A stretch of DNA of 64,000 bases from Candidatus Levyibacteriota bacterium (GCA_016186645.1 JACPLF010000005.1:109995-173994), one strand, 5' to 3'; positions 1 to 9,563 are shown, numbered from the stretch's first letter. The notes: generated from the sequence alone by a model not told the origin. A program made the numbers and translations.

Positions 1-18
1 ATAGATAGCACAAAGGAG

Positions 19-445
19 ATGTCTCCTCTTACGGAGATTAATAGGCTTGCAGAATCTTTGCCAGCAGGAGGTTTGGTATTAGATGCGGGTTGCGCTTTTG
101 GGAGAGACACAAAGCTATTTATGGACAGGGGATTTAGGGCTGTTGGAATTGATTTATCTCAACAACGAAGATCTAAAGAAAGCATTGGAAGAATTTCATA
201 GGGTCATAAAAGAAAAGGGTATCTTATTTGTTTCTTTTAAAGAAGGAGAAGGAAGCGAAGAATTAATAGAATCCTTTAGTAGTGACCATCCAAGATTTTA
301 TAATTATCAAACTGCAAATAGCGTAAGGAGTTTCCTTGAAAAATCGGGTTTTAAGCCAACTGAAGTTTTCGTTGTTAATGAAAAAGAAAGATTTGGAAAA
401 GACAAAAGAGATCTAAATTGGGTCTATGCCTTTGCCAGAAAATAA
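19..445 (+). pseudogene. Class I SAM-dependent methyltransferase, apparently frameshifted near nt 170-200
   Basis: ORF 19..201 carries motif I (VLDAGCAFGRDT) and post-I (AVGIDLS). The continuation (LKKALEEFHRVIKEKGILFVSF...) lies in another frame as ORF 83..445. The two frames overlap at 83..201. Confidence 0.45.
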
Positions 446-782
446 TTTTAGTCGCGTTAAAATACTCTGTATTCATGCAATCGCAGCAATATACGGGAAA
501 TAATAAATTAACTAGTGAGTCTAGGGGCATCAGCCTCGTGGCCTATTGAAATTGTAAATCATCACAAATTTTACAATTGCTCAAATTGTGATGATTATTT
601 CCACGTAGCTGAAATGATAAATGTTGGTTTTAAATTCTGAATTAGTTTCAATGTTTCAAAACATTTAAGTAAGTTCAGATTTAGTCTTCCCTAAAGGCTA
701 ATAACTTGACGGCACAAGTTTTTTTCAGACCAAAAGGGAAGAGATGGGGTAGGTTTGGATCTTTTGAAATGGGAGCTTCTTA

Positions 783-890
783 ATCTCTTGAGCTTGACGT
801 TTTGAATTCTTGAAATCAAGATATCAAAAAGTCAAAATCAAAGACGTCCCACTTCCAACTTCAAGGATTCTAACTTTTACTTCTTGACAT
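783..890. repeat. Intergenic palindromic element, copy A (tcttga/tcaaga word type)
   Basis: Homologous to 1800..1921. It ends with the motif cttccaacttcaaggattcta. Confidence 0.6.
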
Positions 891-921
891 TGGTGTATAC
901 AAAGTATACACTAAGTGTATA
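884..921 (+). promoter_or_regulatory. TTGACA -35 box plus a perfect palindrome GTGTATAC-AAA-GTATACAC (93..911), likely the operator/promoter of the antitoxin gene
   Basis: The 19-bp perfect inverted repeat lies directly upstream of the ATG at 921. A TGTATAT repeat follows it. Confidence 0.4.
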
Positions 922-1094
922 TGAATACAGCGGTGATTAATATTAAAACTGATCCCAAAGTTAAAGCACAGGCAAAAAAAATCGCTCGAAAATTAGGTTT
1001 TAGTTTAAGTTCCATAATCAATGCTTTTCTAAAACAGCTTATTAAAACTAGGCGGGTAACTTTTAGTTTGGATGAAGAGCAAAATTGCCGTTGA
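921..1094 (+). CDS. RelB/DinJ-family antitoxin (57 aa); no cognate toxin gene is obvious
   Basis: The translation MNTAVINIKTDPKVKAQAKKIARKLGFSLSSIINAFLKQLIKTRRVTFSLDEEQNCR resembles DinJ ribbon-helix-helix antitoxins. It is under 60 aa, so it is absent from the ORF track. Confidence 0.55.
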   Translation: MNTAVINIKTDPKVKAQAKKIARKLGFSLSSIINAFLKQLIKTRRVTFSLDEEQNCR

Positions 1095-1105
1095 CAGATT
1101 AAGGA

Positions 1106-1435
1106 TTATTTTAGTTTGCGGTCAGATCGTCTATTCTTGATTTCCCTCGTAGCTCTCTTAAGAGCTGGTTTCAAAATTCCGTCTAAAGCTACTAGAAGTC
1201 CAAAAGCCCCTGTCGCAACAAGAAATCCGTGTTTTAAGGCATCGATGTTTTCTGCATGGCCTATTATTTTGTCAGCTGCTGTAAAACTAACACCAAAACT
1301 TATGGTATACAGACCATACTTTTCAACCTCGTTTACTAAAAATTTTTTTGCTTCTTGTGTTCTTCCTATAATACGTTCTTTCATTTCGAGAGTATCGTAC
1401 TCTACTATAAGATTATTGTCAATAACGTATTGCAT
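1106..1435 (-). CDS. Hypothetical small protein with one hydrophobic segment
   Basis: 109-aa ORF with a protein-like composition. It is convergent with the antitoxin gene. The overlapping plus-strand ORF 1116..1469 looks like noise. Confidence 0.3.
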   Translation of the reverse strand: MQYVIDNNLIVEYDTLEMKERIIGRTQEAKKFLVNEVEKYGLYTISFGVSFTAADKIIGHAENIDALKHGFLVATGAFGLLVALDGILKPALKRATREIKNRRSDRKLK

Positions 1436-1469
1436 AAAGAAAAGGAATTTGATATTCTTAATAAGTTTT

Positions 1470-1796
1470 GTGAGCGATCTAAATTTTACCGATCAAACAT
1501 TTAAGAGCGAAGTTTTGGAAAGCTCTGAGCCTGTTATTGTGGATTTTTGGGCGCCATGGTGCGGTCCATGTAGAATTGTTTCTCCAATTATTGATGAATT
1601 AGCAGCGGAATACGCGGGAAAAATAAAAGTTGGAAAACTTAATGTGGATGAAAATCCCCAAACATCAGGACAATATGGAATAATGAGTATTCCAAGTATT
1701 GTATTTTTCAAAAACGGACAGCCGATTAGGACAATGATCGGCGCGCAGAGTAAGGAGAATTATAAAAAGGAAATAGAGGAGATATTAGGAAACTGA
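1470..1796 (+). CDS. trxA: Thioredoxin
   Basis: A GTG start gives MSDLNFTDQTFKSEVLES... with the WCGPC active site. The order and length match E. coli TrxA. Confidence 0.85.
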   Translation: MSDLNFTDQTFKSEVLESSEPVIVDFWAPWCGPCRIVSPIIDELAAEYAGKIKVGKLNVDENPQTSGQYGIMSIPSIVFFKNGQPIRTMIGAQSKENYKKEIEEILGN

Positions 1797-1799
1797 TAT

Positions 1800-1921
1800 T
1801 CTTGAAGTTAGATCTTCTTGACGCTCTTGAATTTGACTCCTTGATATTCTTGATTTCTTGAATTCAAGATTTCAAATATTCAAGATCAAAAATCTCTAAC
1901 TTCCAACTTCAAAAATTCTAT
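1800..1921. repeat. Intergenic palindromic element, copy B; it fills the trxA-trxB gap up to the trxB ATG
   Basis: Shares tcttgaNtcaaga words and the 3' terminal motif ctaacttccaacttcaaaaattcta with copy A and with the copies at 11961 and 47747. Confidence 0.6.
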
Positions 1922-2842
1922 TTGTTTATGTACGACGTTATAATAATTGGTTCCGGACCTGCAGGACTAACTGCTGCGATTTATACGACTCGAGCGAATT
2001 TGAAAACTCTTCTTATTGCAGGAGTTAAATGGGGCGGACAACTTCAGCTTACAACTCTTGTTGAAAATTATCCTGGATTTGCGGAAGGAATCCAAGGCCC
2101 GGACTTAATGACTGCAATGAGAAAACAGGCAGAAAGATTCGGAGCGGAAATAAAAGATGTGGATTTTAAAACTGCGGATTTCTCCAAACCTCCCTTTAAA
2201 GTCTCAGCAGATATCGAAAGCTTTGAGGGAAAATCAGTCATTATCGCAACAGGAGCAGATACAAAATGGCTTGATGTGCCTGGAGAAAAAGAAAAAATCG
2301 GACGGGGAGTGTCATCTTGCGCTCCATGCGATGCATTTTTCTTCAAGGGAAAAAATGTAATTGTTGTCGGAGGAGGAGATAGCGCGATGGAGGAGGCATT
2401 GGTTTTGACTAAATTCGCAAAAGAAATAACGATTATTCATCGCAGAGATGAGTTTAAAGCAAGTCAAATAATGCTTGATCGGGCAAAAAAGAATCCAAAA
2501 ATAAAATTTATTCTAAACTCGGAAGTAATTGAGGTATTAGGACAAGATAAGGTTTCGGGAGTAAAGATTAAAAATAATAAAACCAATCAAGTATCTGAAA
2601 TGCCAGTTGATGGAATTTTTGTGGCAATTGGCCATATACCGAATTCATCTGCATTCAAAGGAATTGATGTTGACGAGAAAGGATTTATCAAAGTTTCGGA
2701 TCATTACAAAACAAATATTGATGGAGTTTTTGTGGCAGGAGATGTTCACGATAACCATTACAAACAAGCAGTCACCGCGGCAGGGTTTGGATGCTCGGCT
2801 GCCCTAGAGGCTGAAAGATGGTTAAGCAATAATGAAGGTTAA
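1922..2842 (+). CDS. trxB: Thioredoxin-disulfide reductase
   Basis: FAD motif GSGPAGLTAAIY, redox-active SCAPCD and the NADPH motif GGGDSAME. 306 aa. Confidence 0.9.
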   Translation: MFMYDVIIIGSGPAGLTAAIYTTRANLKTLLIAGVKWGGQLQLTTLVENYPGFAEGIQGPDLMTAMRKQAERFGAEIKDVDFKTADFSKPPFKVSADIESFEGKSVIIATGADTKWLDVPGEKEKIGRGVSSCAPCDAFFFKGKNVIVVGGGDSAMEEALVLTKFAKEITIIHRRDEFKASQIMLDRAKKNPKIKFILNSEVIEVLGQDKVSGVKIKNNKTNQVSEMPVDGIFVAIGHIPNSSAFKGIDVDEKGFIKVSDHYKTNIDGVFVAGDVHDNHYKQAVTAAGFGCSAALEAERWLSNNEG

Positions 2843-2884
2843 TTTACTTTCGGCACCAATCTCTGCCGCGTTTGACGCGGTGTC

Positions 2885-2965
2885 GATGTTGCGCGGCAAG
2901 CCGCAGCAGGGTTTGGTTGCATGGCAGCATTGGAAGCTGAAAGGTGGCTTCAAGGACCACCATAA
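2885..2965 (+). other. Degenerate GC-rich duplicate of the trxB 3' end (encodes ...DVARQAAAGFGCMAALEAERWLQGPP*)
   Basis: Aligns to the last ~25 codons of trxB (...GDVHDNHYKQAVTAAGFGCSAALEAERWLSNNEG*) at about 75 percent DNA identity. It lies roughly 60 bp downstream of the real stop. Confidence 0.55.
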
Positions 2966-3166
2966 AATATGTGGGTTTTTTATAGCCTTTTCTTTGCCGA
3001 ATTTTAATTTCTCGGTCATGCTCTTTGGCGCAATTCTACTGGCAATGTGAAATAGCTATTTAACTAAACTAAGCGGTCGCTGCATGTAGTTAAATGTCTG
3101 AACTTCATTCCATTGACTTTCTGATTTAAAGAGTATAAAAATAATTTGTAATTTTATTCAGTCAAT

Positions 3167-3643
3167 ATGGGAAAAAACATCGGTTCTGCTTTGAAAAATA
3201 GTAAGACGCTCCATCATGTGAAACATAGTTTGGTTAGATTATTCAAAGACACGAAAAAGAAAAATAGCATTGAGAAGATAGGTTATGTTGCGGGAATAAT
3301 TACTTCAGGTGGACCTGAATATTTCAAAGCAAATAGAAGACGACTGGCTGATTATGTAGGGAAATTACGTAAAATCCACAACTTTCCAATGTTTTCTGCA
3401 ATAGACGTATTTACGAGCGAGGTTTACGAAAGATTAGAGGAGTGGAAACTTCCATTTAGTGAAAGAGAAGTTAAAGCCAGATCTTTTTGGAGAAAAATAT
3501 TAAAAAGCGGACACGTGACAGATATTTTTATGACACCCCGCTTCAAAAAATCAAAAGGAGCAAGTGATGAACACAAAACAGCAAAAGAAATTGGCCTAAC
3601 GATACATTATATGAATGAAGATAAAAAAACAAAAAACAAATAG
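3167..3643 (+). CDS. Hypothetical protein (158 aa)
   Basis: Clean ORF followed by a strong intrinsic terminator. No motif I can name. Confidence 0.5.
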   Translation: MGKNIGSALKNSKTLHHVKHSLVRLFKDTKKKNSIEKIGYVAGIITSGGPEYFKANRRRLADYVGKLRKIHNFPMFSAIDVFTSEVYERLEEWKLPFSEREVKARSFWRKILKSGHVTDIFMTPRFKKSKGASDEHKTAKEIGLTIHYMNEDKKTKNK

Positions 3644-3687
3644 CCATTGACACGGCAAAATGGCTATGATAATATTGCAAATGGAAT

Positions 3688-3716
3688 CACCCCGCCTAGG
3701 CGGGGGTTTATTCGTT
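3688..3716 (+). terminator. Rho-independent terminator (caccccgcc-tag-ggcgggggt plus a T-run)
   Basis: GC stem followed by TTTATTCGTTT. Confidence 0.6.
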
Positions 3717-3854
3717 TATGATAAGAAACTTTCAAGCAATAAAAGTAGTAAATAATACTCAGGTTCTTTTATTGTCTTCGTAAAAAGGGTTCTTCATAAA
3801 TAGATTTACGCGATCCCGTATTGCCTGCCTGACGGCAGACAGGTCTGACATTGG

Positions 3855-3930
3855 GGGCCGTTAGTTCATCTGGTAGAATACTTCATTTGCAATGAAGAGG
3901 TAGGGAGTTCGAGTCTCCCACGGTCCACCA
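3855..3930 (+). tRNA. tRNA-Ala (anticodon TGC), CCA encoded
   Basis: Acceptor stem gggccgt/acggtcc with G3:U70. Anticodon loop tttgcaa. T-arm gggagttcgagtctccc. Lies upstream of the 23S gene. Confidence 0.85.
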
Positions 3931-4630
3931 GTAAATTAACGGCAAAGATAACGGGATCATGATTTAGTAGCTGGTTCTTGGTCTTTCGTTTCAGAAGTTC
4001 TCTGACAAAGACCAGAAACTAGCGACTAAATATTCTGGCTCTTTGACCCTCCTGCGCTAAAAGCTACGGAAGGGTCAATAAGCAAAAACAAACCGTTAAG
4101 GTTAGAGACGGCATCGCCACTCGAAGCTTTAGCGAAGTGTGGCTCTTTGACAAGTGAGGAGAAGCCCTATACAAAGCTTGCTTCGCGTCGGAGGCTTACA
4201 GTCTCGCGCCCGCGAAGTGCGCTTGTACAGGGTAAATTTTTTAATTTTAAAATCTACTCATAATGCCGATAATGAATGCCTAGGAGATTTTGGCCGAGGA
4301 AGGACGCAGACGGCGGCGATACTCGTTGGGGAGGTGCCATCAACCTTTGATCCAGCGGTTTCCGAATGGAGCAATCCACTCGTCTTTGACGAGGAGCCAC
4401 TCATAAAAATATTACCGCAAGGTTTTATATAGTGTTTGGCAGGGTACGGCGCGAACCGAAACATCCAAGTAGCGCCAGGAAAATAAATCATAGACCCCGT
4501 TAGAACTTTGGTAGTAAAACTTGTTACGTTAAGAAAGATTTTGCTAACTTAACTTGAGAAGAGACTTTATTTCCAGAGTTCTAACGGGGTAGAGATTCCG
4601 TTAGTAGCGGCGAGCGAAAGCGGAACAGTC

Positions 4631-4755
4631 TAAAGCGTGCGTAGCACGCAACAGTCAACCAACAACACTTCGCCTTTGGCGAATTTCAACAAACAACAAA
4701 AATTGTTGTGAGTTGTTTGTTGTAAGTTGAAGGTTGCATGCTGCGCATGCGGTTG
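4631..4755 (+). repeat. IVS-like structured insertion in the 23S 5' domain, copy 1
   Basis: About 85 percent identical to 9214..9333. It contains the hairpins gcgtgcgtagcacgc and caacaaacaacaaaaattgttgtgagttgtttgttg. Confidence 0.6.
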
Positions 4756-4938
4756 CAGGGCAGACGATATTCGATGTATTTTTTGTAGCAGAAGGACCCG
4801 GAATGGTCCCCCAAAGAAAGTGAAAGGCTCGTACGCAAAACAAAAAATACCGATAGTTTGTTCCTAAGTACCATGGAGCACGATAAAACTCTGTGGGAAT
4901 CTGGGGCGTCCACGCTCCAAGACTAAATACCAGAATCT

Positions 4939-4977
<39 letters not shown>

Positions 4978-5562
4978 CACCCCGGAAGGGGAATGAAATA
5001 GAACTGAAATTGTCGGCTGACAAGCAGGCAGAGGAACGTAACGCGCAAGCGTGTACGTTCTGATGCCGTGCCTATTGAAGAATGAACCGGTGAGTTATTC
5101 CCTCACTTTCGTCTAAGCCATTAAGTGGCGCAGGCAAAGTGAAAGCAAGCTCTAATTGAGCATTTTTAAAGTGTGGGATTAGACCCGAAGCTGGGTGAGC
5201 TAACCTTGGGCAGGGTGAATCCCGATGAAAATCGGGAGGAGGCCCGAACTCGTGACTGTAGCAATAGTCTGAGATGACCTGAGGTTAGGGGCAATATGCC
5301 AATCGAACCCAGAGATAGCTGGTTCTCCCCGAAATATATTTAGGTATAGCGGTCGCCATGTAGTTGCCTGGGGTAGAGCACTAAATGGTTCGCGGCAACG
5401 CAAGTTGTCGTAACCAATTAAACTCCGAATACAGAGCAACATTGGGCGACTAGTCAGACTGGTCGGGCTAAGCCGATGGGTCAAAAGGGAAACAACCCAG
5501 ACTCCCAATTAAGGTCTCTAAATAAAAGCTAAGTTTAGAAGGAAGTCAAGTTCCATAGACAA

Positions 5563-5593
<31 letters not shown>

Positions 5594-6488
5594 TAAAGAA
5601 AGCGTAACAGCTCACTGGCGGATTGGAATTTGGCGCCCAAAATTTAACGAGGATTAAGCTTTTTACCGAAGTTGGAGGAACGTACACTTTTGCTTTGCAA
5701 AATGTTACGTTCGGTAGGGGAGCGTTCTAAGTGCAGCGAAGTCGTGGTGTAAACCATGGTGGAGTGCTTAGAAGTGAGAATGCCGGTATGAGTAGCGAGT
5801 GTCTGGTGAGAAACCAGGCCGCCGAAAACCCAAGGTTTCCTCCGCAATGTAAATCAGCGGAGGGTTAGTCGGTCCTAAGGGTGTTCCTCTTTGGTCCTAA
5901 GGGTGTTCCTCTTTTGGGGAGTAGCCCGATGGGCAAGTCGTTGAGATTCGACTACAAATTATACATATTCTAAGGGGAAGTCGAAGATAGAAGAATCAAG
6001 GCCAGCTAAGCTGGCTTTAAGTAGTGAAATAGGATGAAATGGTAAATACGTTCATCTGTTTAATTAAGCTACGATGAAAACCCTGAGAGCAATCGAAGGG
6101 TATTTGATCGCTTTTAACTTCCGAGAAATATCCCATTAGTTCCATTCATTTGTGAAAAAATGTATATTTTACCGTACCGACATCCGACACAGGTGGGTTG
6201 GTCGAGAAGACTAAGGCGAACGGGAGAAAGATGGTCAAGGAACTCGGCAATAAATCTGGGCGTAACTTTTGGAGATGCCCTACCAGCTACCATGCGGTAC
6301 CTGGTTGCAACAAAAGATTATTAAGCGACTGTTTATCTAAAACACAGGTCCATGCAAAACTGAAAAGTTAAGTATATGGGCTGAAGCCTGCCCAGTGCTG
6401 GTAAGTCAAAAGTTGAGAATCAGGCTCGCAAGAGTCAAAGTTTTTAACTTAAGCTCCAGTAAACGGCAGCAGTAACTATAAGAAATTG

Positions 6489-7190
6489 TAGTTGTAAAAG
6501 TCGACTAAATGCTGGAAAATCCGTACCGTGATTCTGCTTTACAGAACAAACGGTTGCAGTATCTGACGCTACCATGTATTATGGTAATAATGCGATCAGT
6601 GCGGACAATCAGCAGGAAAGACTTGACGAAGAAAGAGCTAGGATTTTTCCTTGCTGGGTTTGTTGAAGGAGAAGGAAGTTTTAATGTCTCGTTACGGCGC
6701 AAGCCTGACTATAGACTCAAATGGCAAGCGGTAATGAGTTTTAATGTTTCGCAAAAAGACCCTACCTTATTAAAAATTTTAAAGGAGGAGCTAAAATGCG
6801 GAATTATTAAAACACGTAAAAGAGACAATCTATATTCCTTTGATGCAACAAATCCTAAGGATCTAATCCAGAAAGTCATTCCATATTTCAAAAAATATCC
6901 AGTTCAATCTGATTCTAAAAAGAATAATTTTTCTATTTTTTGCAAGATAGCAAAATTAATGGAAAAAGGGGAACACAGAAATTTGGCTGGATTAAGGTTA
7001 ATCCTAAAACTTCGAGAGAAAATAAACATTGGAGCAGGAAGAACAAGGAAATATGATATAGATGATGTTTTTTCTAAGTCAGGAATCCTCAGAGACTATA
7101 CGTCGACGTCCCGCTCAGCGGGACATGATATAGTCCGACCTCATGAACGATCATGAGACTCTGTAATCAATCAGAGTACCGCGATTAGCG
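6489..7190 (+). mobile_element. 23S intron 1, inserted after GTAACTATAA (E. coli ~1917); carries a LAGLIDADG homing endonuclease ORF
   Basis: The exon sequence breaks after gtaactataa and resumes with ctgttctaaggtagcgaa. The intervening sequence encodes the endonuclease. Confidence 0.7.
6509..7156 (+). CDS. LAGLIDADG homing endonuclease (intron-encoded)
   Basis: Contains LAGFVEGEGSF and a second, degenerate motif. The probable start is the ATG at 6590 (MRSVRTISRKDL...). Confidence 0.75.
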   Translation: MLENPYRDSALQNKRLQYLTLPCIMVIMRSVRTISRKDLTKKELGFFLAGFVEGEGSFNVSLRRKPDYRLKWQAVMSFNVSQKDPTLLKILKEELKCGIIKTRKRDNLYSFDATNPKDLIQKVIPYFKKYPVQSDSKKNNFSIFCKIAKLMEKGEHRNLAGLRLILKLREKINIGAGRTRKYDIDDVFSKSGILRDYTSTSRSAGHDIVRPHERS

Positions 7191-7232
7191 GGATAACAAT
7201 GTGAACTGTTCTAAGGTAGCGAAGCCCCTTGT

Positions 7233-7496
7233 CGGGTGATGGAAAAAGCCCGAAAACTGGCTTAAAACGGTGAAGCCCTACCATGTTGCATCGTACAAGA
7301 CGATGTGTAAAAATAGAGGGTGATACCGTGGGTAAGACTTTCTTTTAAAAGAGAGAACCTGTAACGACTTGTCCCGCCAAAGGCGGGACAGAGACATAAT
7401 TTTTATGTCTAATACGCCAGCATTTAGTATAGATTTCATTGGACATTATCTTTCAGGAGATGCCGAAGCCCTATAAAAATCGGGCAGAAGGACAAT
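7233..7496 (+). other. Highly divergent, shortened 23S domain IV/V segment (corresponds to E. coli ~1936-2440)
   Basis: Only loose similarity to the canonical exon sequence. The universally conserved AAGTTCCGACCTGCACGAATGG and GACGGAAAGACCCCGTGAACCTTTACTATA blocks are not found. A weak match (catttagtatagatttcattggacattat) and gtctggtgggcag follow. Confidence 0.4.
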
Positions 7497-7787
7497 GTCT
7501 GGTGGGCAGTTTAACTGGGACGGTTGACTCCTACAATGCAACGGAGTCGTACAAAGGTTGGCTAGCTCCGGATGGAAATCGGAGTGATAGTGCAAAGGCA
7601 TAAGCCAGCTTGACTGCGAGACTTACAAGTCGAGCAGGGACGAAAGTCGGTCTTAGTGATCCTCAGTAGCATAGTGGTATGCTCTGAGCTTAACGGATAA
7701 AAGCTACCCTGGGGATAACAGGCTTATCGCATCCAAGCGTTCACAGCGACGATGCGGTTTGGCACCTCGATGTCGGCTTAACACAAA

Positions 7788-8186
7788 TAGTGTTTGGGCC
7801 CTTCAGTAAATAATTACTGTTGTAAATTTGGCTAATAACGGTGGACTCCTAATTGACTAAGTAAAGTTTCTCAAGTTATGATAAAGTCAATGGACAATAC
7901 CGTGGGAAGTCGCATTTTTCAGAACACTCGGAAGACTCGGTTTTCCAGGAACATCAGAATATCTGGCTATCAGATTGTCTGAGCCTCTGGTTTACTGAGT
8001 AATAATCTGAGTTTTCTGAAATATTGTTGACCCCGTAACGACTGATTCTTTAGCAAACTAAATTGAACCCTTAGTTTGTAATAGATGAGATTCCAGTTTT
8101 TGGAATCATACGCCGAACCCCTCTCTTTTTTCAAAAAAGTGGGGGTGATGATATAGTCTACACTTCTAGTAACAGAAGATTCATGT
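7788..8186 (+). mobile_element. 23S intron 2 (ORF-less), inserted after GATGTCGGCT; it contains repeat R1
   Basis: The exon resumes with catcgcatcctggggg...gggtcgggctgttcgcccgttaaagcggtacgcgagctgggttcagaacgtcgtaagacagt. Confidence 0.65.
7921..8022. repeat. R-family MITE-like element, copy R1 (inside 23S intron 2)
   Basis: Carries the terminal motifs cagaacactcggaagactcgg and ctgagttttctgaaat shared with R2 to R5. Confidence 0.6.
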
Positions 8187-8212
8187 GCATCGCATCCTGG
8201 GGGTGGAGAAGC

Positions 8213-8272
<60 letters not shown>

Positions 8273-8280
8273 AAGACAGT

Positions 8281-9028
8281 AGACCTATAGCGTTAATTAC
8301 GCTATTAAATGAGCTGTCTATAAATCTAGCTATTTGCTGGAAACTCCGAGTATCTTCAACTACTTGACAAATGACTTATCGTAGAGATACGATATCTCTA
8401 TGTCTAGTGATAATGTTGGAAGTGCGGACAATCAGCAGGCAGCTGGGAAAGAAATTTCTAATGAGTATTTAGCAGGATTCACCGATGGTGAAGGGTGTTT
8501 CTATGTGGGATTTGGTAAGAGAAAAGACCTGCCGCTTAAATGGCAAGTAATTACCGAATTTCATGTAAGTCAAAATCCAGGCGGGAAAAATGTTTTGGAA
8601 GAGTTCAGAGAAAGGCTTGGTTGTGGCTATTTAAAGCCCAATCATGCAAAGAGCTTGAAAGACAAAACTTGGATTTTAATTGTGAAAGATAGAAAGGATT
8701 TAAAAGAAAAACTTATTCCTTTTTTTCAGCAACACAGATTGCACACAAGCAAACAAAAAGATTTTGAAATCTTTGTAAAAGTGCTTGAAAAAATTGAAAC
8801 GGGAAAGCATTTAACTAAAGATGGTTTTAAACAAATCGTTGAATTAGTTTTTGCCACTACCAGGGTAACAAATAAAAGATATTCAAAAGAATCACTTCTT
8901 TCCTAGAGCCTCAGAGACTACATGCTAGATGATGCATTGAATAGTGCGTCAAAGATATAGTCCGAACTGCATGGCGACATGTAGAGCGTATCAGAAATGC
9001 TACGTCATTCGTAAGAATGTAACATATT
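8281..9028 (+). mobile_element. 23S intron 3, inserted after GTCGTAAGACAGT (E. coli ~2595); carries a second LAGLIDADG homing endonuclease ORF
   Basis: The exon resumes with cggtctctatccagga...cccctagtacgagaggac. Confidence 0.7.
8400..8906 (+). CDS. LAGLIDADG homing endonuclease (intron-encoded)
   Basis: Contains LAGFTDGEGCFYV. It shares the 19-nt string agtgcggacaatcagcagg with the first endonuclease gene, in a different reading frame. Confidence 0.75.
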   Translation: MSSDNVGSADNQQAAGKEISNEYLAGFTDGEGCFYVGFGKRKDLPLKWQVITEFHVSQNPGGKNVLEEFRERLGCGYLKPNHAKSLKDKTWILIVKDRKDLKEKLIPFFQQHRLHTSKQKDFEIFVKVLEKIETGKHLTKDGFKQIVELVFATTRVTNKRYSKESLLS

Positions 9029-9160
9029 GTCGGTCTCTATCCAGGACAACCGATTGAGATTTGAGGAGATTCGCCCCTAGTACGAGAGGACTGGGATGAG
9101 GAAATCCCTGGTGTGCCAGTTGTTCTTACAAGAGCATCGCTGGGTAACTATATTTCCAAC

Positions 9161-9193
<33 letters not shown>

Positions 9194-9213
9194 GTCTCCA
9201 ATATTAGATCTCT

Positions 9214-9333
9214 AGCGTGCGTAGCACGCAACAGTCAACAATCAACACAGCCGATTCAATCGGCTTTTCAACAGACAACAAAATTGTTGTAAGTTGTTTG
9301 TGGTAAGTTGAAAGTTGCATGCTGCGCATGCAT
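9214..9333 (+). repeat. IVS-like structured insertion in the 23S 3' domain, copy 2
   Basis: Homolog of 4631..4755. Compensatory hairpin changes (cttcgcctttggcgaa versus cagccgattcaatcggct) show it is a structured RNA. Confidence 0.6.
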
Positions 9334-9563
9334 AAGCCCCTTGTAGATCACGAGGTTGATAGGCAGGCAGTGGAAGAACCGCAAGGTTTTAAGCTTACCT
9401 GTACTAATGGTTGAACGAGTAGATTTAAAAATTACCGTGCCCCGCAAAAAGTGCTCTTCGAGCCCGCTACGAATAGTAGCTAAGGCGAAAAGTAAACTTT
9501 GTGGGGTATTCTCCTCACATGTCAGAGAGTCAATTGTACATTGATTTTTGAAGAAAGTAATTC

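Noticed and set aside
1116-1469. N-terminal 118 aa of the long plus-strand ORF 1116..1796
   Set aside because: The composition is junk-like (Ser, Arg, Leu and Cys rich). A GTG at 1470 yields a textbook thioredoxin N-terminus (MSDLNFTDQTFKSEV...). The upstream part is therefore not coding on this strand.
2832-3050. ORF 2832..3050 downstream of trxB
   Set aside because: It is a read-through of the degenerate trxB 3' duplicate in the wrong frame. The genuine signal is the relic at 2885-2965, not a gene.
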